This document shows, piece after piece, positions 54,389-61,731 of a stretch of DNA of 64,000 bases. Under the pieces are notes generated by a model. The model was not told where the DNA came from. It saw only the letters and a list, made by a program, of their open reading frames with translations, and searched no databases. Source of the stretch: Alphaproteobacteria bacterium (GTDB lineage Bacteria > Pseudomonadota > Alphaproteobacteria > CALKHQ01); assembly GCA_965227515.1 (NCBI GenBank), contig CBDDFZ010000001.1:3776001-3840000 (forward strand), in the 5' to 3' direction. The position numbers and the translations under genes are program-made. Numbering within the stretch: position 1 is the first letter of the stretch; each line of letters starts with the position of its first letter.

Positions 54389-55506
54389 GACGCAGCTCCG
54401 TCCTGGGCCGGCACGATGGGCCCGGAATCCTGGAACACCGGCTCGACCAGCGCGCCGTCGCCGACGAACTCCTGCCCGACGGTGATGATGGTGGCGCGCT
54501 CCGGCAGCCCGGCGACCCACATGCCGTCAGGGGTGTCGGCCAGGATATCCACCTCGGCGAACCGCACGATGTTGCCGTCGACGACGATGCGCACGCCGAT
54601 GGCGCCATCGTCCGCCAGCGCGATCACGGAGGGGCTGATCAGGTGGGCCATCGACTGCTCGGCCGGAATATGCAGCTCCGCGGTCATGCCGTCGGCAATA
54701 CTGGCGTTCGGGTTCTCGACCTCGATCTCGACCCTGAACGTGCGGGTCGCCGGATCGGCGGTGCGCGACACGTAACGAATGATGCCCTCGATGGGCTGGC
54801 CGCCCGCAAGACGGCCCATTGCCGGCGCGCCGACCTGCACCAGCGACACGTCCTGCTCGGTGACGCCGCCGACCATCAGCATCGGCTGCAGGTCGATCAA
54901 CATCGCCACCACATCGCCGCCGCGCACATATTGGCCCATCTCCACCGGGCGGGAATTGACCACGCCAGCGAACGGCGCGGTGATCGTGGTGTCGGCGATT
55001 TCCTCGGCGATGGCGGCGCGCTGGGCCCGCGCGGCATCCAGGTTGGCGCGCGCCGTGGCAAGCTGAGTACGCGCCGAATAGCCGTTCTGGGCAAGCTGGG
55101 CCGCGGCGGAATACTCGATCTCGCGCTGCTGGATCAGGGCGTCGGCCTGGGCCAGTCGCGCCTCGCGGTCGGCCATCGAAAGCTGCACCAGCGGGTCGCC
55201 GGCATTCACATAGGCGCCTTCCTCGACCAGGATCTGGGCGACCGTGGCGTCAATCTCCGCCGCGATGGCGACCTCGCGCGAGGCCTCGGTATGGCCGCGC
55301 AGCACGATGTCGCGTTGGAACGGCTCCGCGACGAATTCGGCCACACGCACACGGAATGCGGCCTCCTCCTGCGCGCCGTTCTCCACGGTGGCACCGGTCT
55401 CGCCGTCGCCGGTCCCGCTGTCCGGGTCGCCCATGATCACGCCGGACATGATCCAGGCGGCGGCCCCGATGGCGATGACGAGTGCGATGATGATCGACGT
55501 GCGCAT
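54385..55506 (-). CDS. RND periplasmic adaptor (MFP)
   Basis: ITAPFAGVV, ADPATRTFRVE, IITVGQEFV. Confidence 0.92.
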   Translation of the reverse strand: MRTSIIIALVIAIGAAAWIMSGVIMGDPDSGTGDGETGATVENGAQEEAAFRVRVAEFVAEPFQRDIVLRGHTEASREVAIAAEIDATVAQILVEEGAYVNAGDPLVQLSMADREARLAQADALIQQREIEYSAAAQLAQNGYSARTQLATARANLDAARAQRAAIAEEIADTTITAPFAGVVNSRPVEMGQYVRGGDVVAMLIDLQPMLMVGGVTEQDVSLVQVGAPAMGRLAGGQPIEGIIRYVSRTADPATRTFRVEIEVENPNASIADGMTAELHIPAEQSMAHLISPSVIALADDGAIGVRIVVDGNIVRFAEVDILADTPDGMWVAGLPERATIITVGQEFVGDGALVEPVFQDSGPIVPAQDGAAS

Positions 55507-55532
55507 GGCGCTATTCCAATTCTGAGGAAAGA

Positions 55533-56150
55533 CTATTCGGCGGCTTGCGGCGGCGCCGTGACATCGTGGGCCGTGGCATCGTGGTCGGACATGCGATCGA
55601 CCGCCGGCCGGCTGTCGATCTCGCCGGCCACCGCGATGTTGGCCAGCAGCTCGTGACGGTGGCCATCCAGGTAGTCGACGGCGGCGGTGCACATGGCGCG
55701 CGCGAAACCGCGCACGAAGTCGACGCCGGGCGACACGCCGGCGCACTCAGGCTTGCTGTTCAGGTGGTCCAGCTTGGCGCGATAGCGGTCGGCATGGGTG
55801 TCGATCATCGCCTCGACGAAGCGCACCGGTAGCAAATGCGCGAAGCACATGCGGAACAGGAATTCCGACCGCAGACGGTCCTCGCCCGGCGCGCTGGCCA
55901 GTTCGTCCAGCAACGCCAGCTTGCCGCGCTGGGTGATGCGATAGACCTTCTTGTCCGGCCTGTTGTCCTGGGCCTGCTCACGACACTCGACCAGGCCCTC
56001 GGCATCCAGCTTGCGCAGGGCCGGGTAGACGGAGCCGAAGCTCGCCTGGGTCATGTTCGAGAACGGCCCCTCCACGATGTTCTTGCGGATTTCATAGCCG
56101 CTGGCGTCACCCTTGGTGAGCACCGCCAGACAGACGGAACGGGCATCCAT
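55533..56150 (-). CDS. PadR family regulator
   Basis: SGYEI, ASFGSVYPALRKL, RPDKKVYRIT. Confidence 0.92.
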   Translation of the reverse strand: MDARSVCLAVLTKGDASGYEIRKNIVEGPFSNMTQASFGSVYPALRKLDAEGLVECREQAQDNRPDKKVYRITQRGKLALLDELASAPGEDRLRSEFLFRMCFAHLLPVRFVEAMIDTHADRYRAKLDHLNSKPECAGVSPGVDFVRGFARAMCTAAVDYLDGHRHELLANIAVAGEIDSRPAVDRMSDHDATAHDVTAPPQAAE

Positions 56151-56234
56151 GCCTCTGGTCTCCAGACACTGATGTGCGATGTTTCTTGGTTATCTTGCCA
56201 TGATATATGCTGTATCAGCCTATGTTGGCAATGC

Positions 56235-56253
56235 ATATATCAAACTGATATAT
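56235..56253. promoter_or_regulatory. Palindromic operator upstream of padR
   Basis: ATATATCA-AAC-TGATATAT perfect inverted repeat. Confidence 0.6.
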
Positions 56254-56416
56254 TGTCACAGCCACTATCACCGATATGTACGCGCGGCGCTGTGCGCGGG
56301 ATCACAGCGCGCGCAGCACTCATGCGTCGCCGCCCTGGATTCTAGGCGCGCCGGCCGGCTGCCGCGCCCTCCGCAGGCGCGGCTGTACTCAGTCCAACAA
56401 TGCTAGATCGAATGTG

Positions 56417-56887
56417 TTACAGGCAGTCGGGCTGCGACGATGTTCCGCGCTCGAACGCGCAGATCGCGTCCCCTTCGACAGAGCAGCGCAGGAAATCCAG
56501 CTCCTCGCGGCAGTCGCAGACAAAGCCGGCGCCGTCGAACTGCGTGTCCGCGGTCAGGTTGCGGATCGACGCGTCATAGCCGAACTGCTGCTCGCAAACC
56601 TCCAACGACCGGTTGCGAAGCTGGTTCTTCAACTGGTCGCACGCCAGGTATTCCCCAACCAGCAGCGACCGCTCGGACGTGGAATGGCGGACCCGCACCG
56701 TCTCGGGCACCCAATTGTCGATGCAATCCTTGACGGCAACCGTATTGGTGGCGATGGGTGTCGGGCCGCTGCCGGCGCTCTGGCCGCCACCGCCGGCAAC
56801 GCAGGAGCCCAGGGCCACAAACAGCGCGGCACCGACCGACAGCTCGATCAACCGGCGTACCGCCATTCGGGGTGCAAAATCCGTCAT
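56417..56887 (-). CDS. Hypothetical Cys-rich lipoprotein
   Basis: Lipobox-like LGSC and 8 further Cys residues. Confidence 0.6.
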   Translation of the reverse strand: MTDFAPRMAVRRLIELSVGAALFVALGSCVAGGGGQSAGSGPTPIATNTVAVKDCIDNWVPETVRVRHSTSERSLLVGEYLACDQLKNQLRNRSLEVCEQQFGYDASIRNLTADTQFDGAGFVCDCREELDFLRCSVEGDAICAFERGTSSQPDCL

Positions 56888-57030
56888 CGTCGCAACTCCT
56901 CGGCCCGGGTCGTCCCGCGGCAGCGCGGCGCCGCCAGCTTTGCAAGAGTAGCGACCGAAACCCGGACGGCACAAGGCAGTTGGTTCCCAATCGCGCCGCG
57001 TTGTAGACTTGGCCGCGGGAGGCGAAGGCG

Positions 57031-57720
57031 TTGCGTGAACAATCATTGGCCGGGCTGGCAATTCTGGCCGGGCTGCCCGAAGAAGATCTGAACGATCTGG
57101 AGGCGAAGTGTACCTGGCGACGGTACGCGGGCAATCAGATCATTCTCGACCAGCATGCGACCACGAACGAAGTCTGCTTCGTCGTGACCGGCGCGGTGCG
57201 GATTGTCAGCTACGCGCCGAGCGGGCGCGAGATATCGTTCAGCGACGTGCCGGCCGGCGGCTATTTCGGCGAACTGGCCGCCATCGACGGGGACCCGCGC
57301 TCGGCATCGGTGATTGCCCTGGAGCCGACCAATATCGCGGCAATGGCCGCCGACCCATTCATCGACCTGTTGGTGGAGTATCCGTCGGTGGCGCTGGCCG
57401 TCATGCGCGACCTGACCCGCATCATCCGCTCATCGACCGCACGGATCATGGACCTCAGCGTCCTCGGTGCGAACAACCGGGTGCAGGCCGAAATCCTGCG
57501 CCTGGCGCGCGAGGCATCGAAGGACGGGCAGACGGCGCGGATCTGGCCGATTCCGGTGCACAGCGACATCGCGGCACGGGTCAGCACGACGCGCGAAACC
57601 GTGGCGCGCGTGCTGAGCGACCTGTCGCGCCACGAATTGGTCGCGCGCGAGGGCCACGTTCTGGTGGTGCGCGACATCAACCGGCTGTCCGCGATGGTGG
57701 AGGCCGTCCACGAAGCCTGA
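57031..57720 (+). CDS. CRP/FNR family regulator (CRP-like)
   Basis: cNMP pocket YFGELA...PRSA; recognition helix TRETVAR. Confidence 0.92.
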   Translation: MREQSLAGLAILAGLPEEDLNDLEAKCTWRRYAGNQIILDQHATTNEVCFVVTGAVRIVSYAPSGREISFSDVPAGGYFGELAAIDGDPRSASVIALEPTNIAAMAADPFIDLLVEYPSVALAVMRDLTRIIRSSTARIMDLSVLGANNRVQAEILRLAREASKDGQTARIWPIPVHSDIAARVSTTRETVARVLSDLSRHELVAREGHVLVVRDINRLSAMVEAVHEA

Positions 57721-57837
57721 CCTACCCCGCTTCGGCCCGCAAAGGGGTTGCCAATTGGGGTTACTAAATGGGGTTACCCTGGGGCCGAAACATTTCTAGA
57801 TTGACGCATTCCCTGTTCAAAAGGAGGCCAACCTACA

Positions 57838-58434
57838 ATGAGTCTGCAGGACCTGTTGAACCGGCGCACCGCCGCCGGTGTTGCGGTGGCGGTGAGCATG
57901 ATCGCGCTTACCGCGTGCAGCCAACGTGGCGCTGTCACCGCCGACGCCAGCGCCGACGCGACCGTCACCGCTGACGCCACTGCCGATGTCACCGCCGACG
58001 CGACGGCCGATGTCAGCGCGCCCAGCGGCGACCTGGTCGACACCGCCGCCGCGGCGGGCAGCTTCTCGACCCTGATCGCGGCGGTGCAAGCCGCCGGTCT
58101 GGAAAGCGTGTTGCGCGGCCCCGGCCCCTACACCGTGTTCGCCCCCACCGACGAGGCGTTTGCCAGTTCCCTGCCGGAAGGCACGGTCGAGTTGTTGATG
58201 CAGCCATCCAACAACGCGCGCCTGGTGCAGATCCTGCAGTACCACATCATCTCCGGCGAACTGATGTCGGCGGACGTGGCCGGGTCCTCGGTCGCCCGCG
58301 CGACACTGGAGGGCCGCGAAGTCGAGATCGACGGGACCAGCGGTTTCGAAGTCGACGGTGTGACCATCACGTCGGCCGATGTGGAGGCCTCCAACGGCGT
58401 CATCCACGTGATCAACGAGGTCCTGCTGCCATAG
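57838..58434 (+). CDS. Fasciclin (FAS1) domain lipoprotein
   Basis: LTAC lipobox, YTVFAPTDEAF, ILQYH, ASNGVIHVI. Confidence 0.93.
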   Translation: MSLQDLLNRRTAAGVAVAVSMIALTACSQRGAVTADASADATVTADATADVTADATADVSAPSGDLVDTAAAAGSFSTLIAAVQAAGLESVLRGPGPYTVFAPTDEAFASSLPEGTVELLMQPSNNARLVQILQYHIISGELMSADVAGSSVARATLEGREVEIDGTSGFEVDGVTITSADVEASNGVIHVINEVLLP

Positions 58435-58479
58435 GGCACGCCAGACAAAACAGCGGGATTGGCGCGGATCGTTTCGACG

Positions 58480-58495
58480 TGTGACTGAGGTCACA
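58480..58495 (+). promoter_or_regulatory. CRP-type box for sRNA copy 1
   Basis: TGTGA-CTGAGG-TCACA, perfect consensus, centred 41.5 bp before the repeat start. Confidence 0.75.
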
Positions 58496-58528
58496 TGCAA
58501 ATTGACTTGGTGCGCTTAAGTATGGAGC

Positions 58529-58591
58529 ACCTTCAGATCCCCTCCTGATGAACGCTGCCTCAAACGCCCGGCCCCGTGCCGGGCGTTTTTT
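58529..58591 (+). ncRNA. Putative anti-SD sRNA, copy 1
   Basis: ACCTTCAGATCCCCTCCTGATG head, GC hairpin and T tract. Confidence 0.7.
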
Positions 58592-58655
58592 CTTGTCTGC
58601 TTTTCTTGTCAGCGCAGCGCTGGGAAACCGCCGTCATTTTGCCGGCCGACCGGCC

Positions 58656-58697
58656 AGTGACCGCCGTCACATGGCGTTCCGGACGCTGCCCCCATAT
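58656..58697 (+). promoter_or_regulatory. CRP-type box and -10 for copy 2
   Basis: aGTGA-CCGCCG-TCACA at -41.5; CCCCATAT -10-like element. Confidence 0.7.
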
Positions 58698-58704
58698 CCC
58701 GAAG

Positions 58705-58769
58705 ACCTTCAGATCCCCTCCTGATGAACACTGCCTCAAACGCCCGGCCTCGCGCCGGGCGCTTTTTTT
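58705..58769 (+). ncRNA. Putative anti-SD sRNA, copy 2
   Basis: Same 22-nt head and terminator. Confidence 0.7.
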
Positions 58770-58818
58770 GGCGCGACGGCAAGGCCGCGACCGGCGCCAT
58801 TCGCCCGCCGGACCGGCC

Positions 58819-58860
58819 AGTGACCGCCGTCACATGGAATGCGGGCCCCTGCCCCCATAT
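58819..58860 (+). promoter_or_regulatory. CRP-type box and -10 for copy 3
   Basis: aGTGA-CCGCCG-TCACA at -41.5; CCCCATAT. Confidence 0.7.
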
Positions 58861-58867
58861 CCCGAAG

Positions 58868-58933
58868 ACCTTCAGATCCCCTCCTGATGCGTACAGCCTC
58901 AAACGCCCGGCCTTGTGCCGGGCGTCTTTTTTT
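58868..58933 (+). ncRNA. Putative anti-SD sRNA, copy 3
   Basis: Same 22-nt head and terminator. Confidence 0.7.
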
Positions 58934-58981
58934 GCTCCGGTGGCGCGCGAACCAAAAAATTTCAACCGGAAGGTCGACTTG

Positions 58982-59626
58982 ATGAACAGAACAGGGCTGG
59001 CCATCGCCGCGAGCGTGCTGCTGTCGCCGGCAGCAGCCTGGGCTCAGGATCCCGTTCACTTCGCGCTGCCCGACGTCGGAACCGAAATCGAGTGGTCGGG
59101 GGGACTGGTCGCAGAGGTGACGGAGGTCGAGCCCGAGGATCGCGCCTACAAGATGGCGCTCTCCTATCCCAACAACTACCGCCAAGTGCAGAACGTGGTC
59201 GAAGGCCTGCAGACGAATGCGTTGTGGCTCTATAATGACAACGGCGACCTGATTTCCGAGAACAACACCATCTTCGACCGGGCGGCGCTGACCGGCTTCT
59301 GGCCGCTGACCCTGGATGCGCAGATTACATTCACCGGCACGGAGTTCACGGATGGCGGGCCCATGTCAGCCTGGGAGGCCACGCTGACGGTGGAAGCGTT
59401 CGAGACCGTGTTGACGCCGCTTGGCCTGGTCGATGCCGTGCGCGTGCGCCGCATCGACGAGCTGACCGCCCAGGCCAACGACGACCTGCCGATCGACAGT
59501 GTCGAGGCGGTGATTTGGTACGCACCGTCTGTCGGCATGACGGTCAGGGCCGAGGTCACCCACTACGATGGCGACCAGGTTGTGCAATCGATCAGCTTCG
59601 TGCCCGAGAGCATCACCCTGCCCTGA
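58982..59626 (+). CDS. Hypothetical secreted protein
   Basis: Signal peptide (AWA-Q), acidic beta-rich body, ETVLTPLG..A and WYAPSVG motifs. Confidence 0.8.
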   Translation: MNRTGLAIAASVLLSPAAAWAQDPVHFALPDVGTEIEWSGGLVAEVTEVEPEDRAYKMALSYPNNYRQVQNVVEGLQTNALWLYNDNGDLISENNTIFDRAALTGFWPLTLDAQITFTGTEFTDGGPMSAWEATLTVEAFETVLTPLGLVDAVRVRRIDELTAQANDDLPIDSVEAVIWYAPSVGMTVRAEVTHYDGDQVVQSISFVPESITLP

Positions 59627-59650
59627 CGCCGCGACGGTAAATTTTAGGTG

Positions 59651-59692
59651 GGTGACAGCCGTCACAGCGGTTTCAGGCGAGCTGCCCTATAT
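59651..59692 (+). promoter_or_regulatory. CRP-type box and -10 for copy 4
   Basis: gGTGA-CAGCCG-TCACA at -42.5; CCCTATAT. Confidence 0.7.
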
Positions 59693-59700
59693 TCAAGCTC

Positions 59701-59762
59701 ACCTTCAGATCCCCTCCTGATGCACAGTCCCTCAACGCCCGGCCCCGCGCCGGGCGTTTTTT
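59701..59762 (+). ncRNA. Putative anti-SD sRNA, copy 4
   Basis: Same 22-nt head and terminator. Confidence 0.7.
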
Positions 59763-59772
59763 CTTGGATGTC

Positions 59773-60210
59773 TCAAAGGCCAGACAACCCCGGATCGACC
59801 ATGCGGTGCAGGCGGCTGGCGGCCGCCAAGCCATAGCGCAGCATCACCGCGCGGCGCCGCGACGGCGCCACCTTCTGCACGGCGGCCGGGCGCACCACAT
59901 CGGCGCCGTGACCGTCTGCCACCAGAATGCCGGTGTCGTCCGGGAGCAGCGCGGTATCGAACGCCGCCGGCACGGCAAAGAAGAACAGATCGCAATAGGG
60001 CAGGTACTCGGGCCACTTCCGGTCCGCCCGCAGGTCGGCCACGCTGGTCTTGATCTCCACGATGGCGATCGTCCCGCGGTCGTCGATGCCGACCACATCG
60101 GCTCGGCGTCCGTTGCGCAGCACGAACTCGGGCAAGGGCTGGTACCCGCCGGCCGCAAGCCAGCGGCTCACCCCCCGGCAGACTTCCAGTGCCGGCGCCC
60201 GGCCGTCCAC
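59773..60210 (-). CDS. mmcB: MmcB family DNA repair protein
   Basis: RGV.R, NGRRADV, IVEIKTS.ADLRADRKWPEY..YCD.FFFAVP, GILVAD. Start placed at GTG 60210; the track start is 60258. Confidence 0.88.
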   Translation of the reverse strand: MDGRAPALEVCRGVSRWLAAGGYQPLPEFVLRNGRRADVVGIDDRGTIAIVEIKTSVADLRADRKWPEYLPYCDLFFFAVPAAFDTALLPDDTGILVADGHGADVVRPAAVQKVAPSRRRAVMLRYGLAAASRLHRMVDPGLSGL

Positions 60211-60241
60211 GACCGGCTCGCCGGCATCGGCACCGATAAAT

Positions 60242-60256
60242 GTTTTGGTTATGTTC
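60242..60256 (-). promoter_or_regulatory. Alphaproteobacterial LexA (SOS) box
   Basis: GAAC-ATAACCA-AAAC (consensus GAAC-N7-GAAC) just after TTGACC-N17-CCTAAT. Confidence 0.65.
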
Positions 60257-60315
60257 ATGGCCGCATTAGGCCATGCCCGACCCGGCAGGTCAACGCACCG
60301 CTGGATGAAACGAGA

Positions 60316-61731
60316 TCAGCGCTCGCCGAACGCGGAGTTCAGCGCGTTGTAGACCGGCTTCACCATGTAGGAGAGCAGCGAGTGCTCGCCGATGTTGATC
60401 GAGACCTGGGCCTGCATGCCGGGCACGATCTCGTGGCGGTCGACGCCTTCGCCCACGCCGGTCTCGTCCAGCGCGATGATGGCCTTGTAGTAACTCTGGC
60501 CTTCCTCATCGACGAAGGTGGATGCCGAGACCCGCACCACCCTGCCCGGCACCATGCCGTAACGCGAGACGTCGAAGCCTTCGATAATGATCTCGGCGGT
60601 CTGGCCAACCGTAACGTAGCCAACGTCGCTCGGCTTCAGGCGCGCCTCGACCTCGAGCACGCCGTCGACCGGCACGATCTCGGCCACCGTCGCGCCCGGG
60701 GCCAGCACGCCGCCACCGCCGCCGATGGCGACCAGATTGATCACGCCGCGCACCGGTGCGCGGATGGCCAAGCGTTCGACGCGATCCTCGAAGCGGCGAA
60801 TGGACTCGTCGAGTTCCGCCAGTTCCGTGGCCACACGGCCAAGCTCATTGGCCGACTGGTTGCGCTGCGTCAGTTCCAGCTCGGTCTGCTGCTGACGGAT
60901 CTCTTCCACCCCCTGCATGGCGCTCAGGATGTTGCCGCGTGCCTCTTCCAACTCGCCGACGGTGCGGACATAGGCGCTTTCGACCTCGAGCCGGCGCGCG
61001 CGCGACCCCCAGCCCTGCGCTTCCAGTTGCTGCTGCATGGCCAATTGCCGGCCGACAACGTTGACCTGCTGTTCCAGGCTCTCGACGCGGCCTTCCAGTG
61101 TCTGGACCTCCAGTTCCCTTTGCGCCAGTTGGCTGTCCAGGATCGCGCTTTGACCATTCAGGCTGTCCACCCACAGCTCGTAGATGGCGATCTGGTCGAA
61201 CGCGATCTCCGGGTAGTCATGGATGAACGCGTCGAAGTCGGGCTCCAGCCCCATGCTCTGGGCACGCAGCCGCTCGACCTCCACCGAAAGTGCTGCGTGG
61301 CGCACCATCATCTGGTCCAGGTCGGCATTGTTGGCAACGGGGTTGAGCTGGGCCAGTGGCTGGCCGACCTCGACAAGGTCGCCCTCCTGCACCAGCACCG
61401 ACTGTACGATGCCGCCCTCCAGGTGCTGAACCGTCTGCACCTGGCCGGCCGGCACGACCGAGCCTGCGGCCACCGAGGTGGTCACGACGGGAACCACCGC
61501 CGACCACAGGGCACCGCCGATGATGAACAGGAAGATCGCCAGCACGGCGTAGAACCCGGCGCGAGGCGGCCCGGACTCCTCCAGCATGGTGGCGCTGGAC
61601 AGAAGCGTGAGCTGGCGGCGATTGCCGTCGCCGCCCTTGGTCATGGCCGCAGCCAGAATGTCGCCGCGGCGGCCGGTGTCCTGGCCGGCGGCGCGCAGGG
61701 CCAGTCCCGCTGCGTTGCTGTGCGCGGTCAT
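60316..61731 (-). CDS. HlyD-family type I secretion membrane fusion protein
   Basis: VQHLEGGIV, IRAPVRG, EIVP, PGMQAQVSI..G, YMVKP..AFGER. Confidence 0.93.
   Translation of the reverse strand: MTAHSNAAGLALRAAGQDTGRRGDILAAAMTKGGDGNRRQLTLLSSATMLEESGPPRAGFYAVLAIFLFIIGGALWSAVVPVVTTSVAAGSVVPAGQVQTVQHLEGGIVQSVLVQEGDLVEVGQPLAQLNPVANNADLDQMMVRHAALSVEVERLRAQSMGLEPDFDAFIHDYPEIAFDQIAIYELWVDSLNGQSAILDSQLAQRELEVQTLEGRVESLEQQVNVVGRQLAMQQQLEAQGWGSRARRLEVESAYVRTVGELEEARGNILSAMQGVEEIRQQQTELELTQRNQSANELGRVATELAELDESIRRFEDRVERLAIRAPVRGVINLVAIGGGGGVLAPGATVAEIVPVDGVLEVEARLKPSDVGYVTVGQTAEIIIEGFDVSRYGMVPGRVVRVSASTFVDEEGQSYYKAIIALDETGVGEGVDRHEIVPGMQAQVSINIGEHSLLSYMVKPVYNALNSAFGER

Noticed and set aside
57934-58017. 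TADA(T/S)AD repeat in the fasciclin protein
   Set aside because: Ordinary low-complexity lipoprotein linker.
58724-58981. N-terminal extension of ORF 58724..59626
   Set aside because: It crosses two terminators; the signal peptide starts at ATG 58982.
58529-59762. CRISPR array interpretation of the 22-nt repeats
   Set aside because: Periods of 163-176 bp, intervening segments similar to each other and containing promoter and terminator motifs, and no cas genes in the window.
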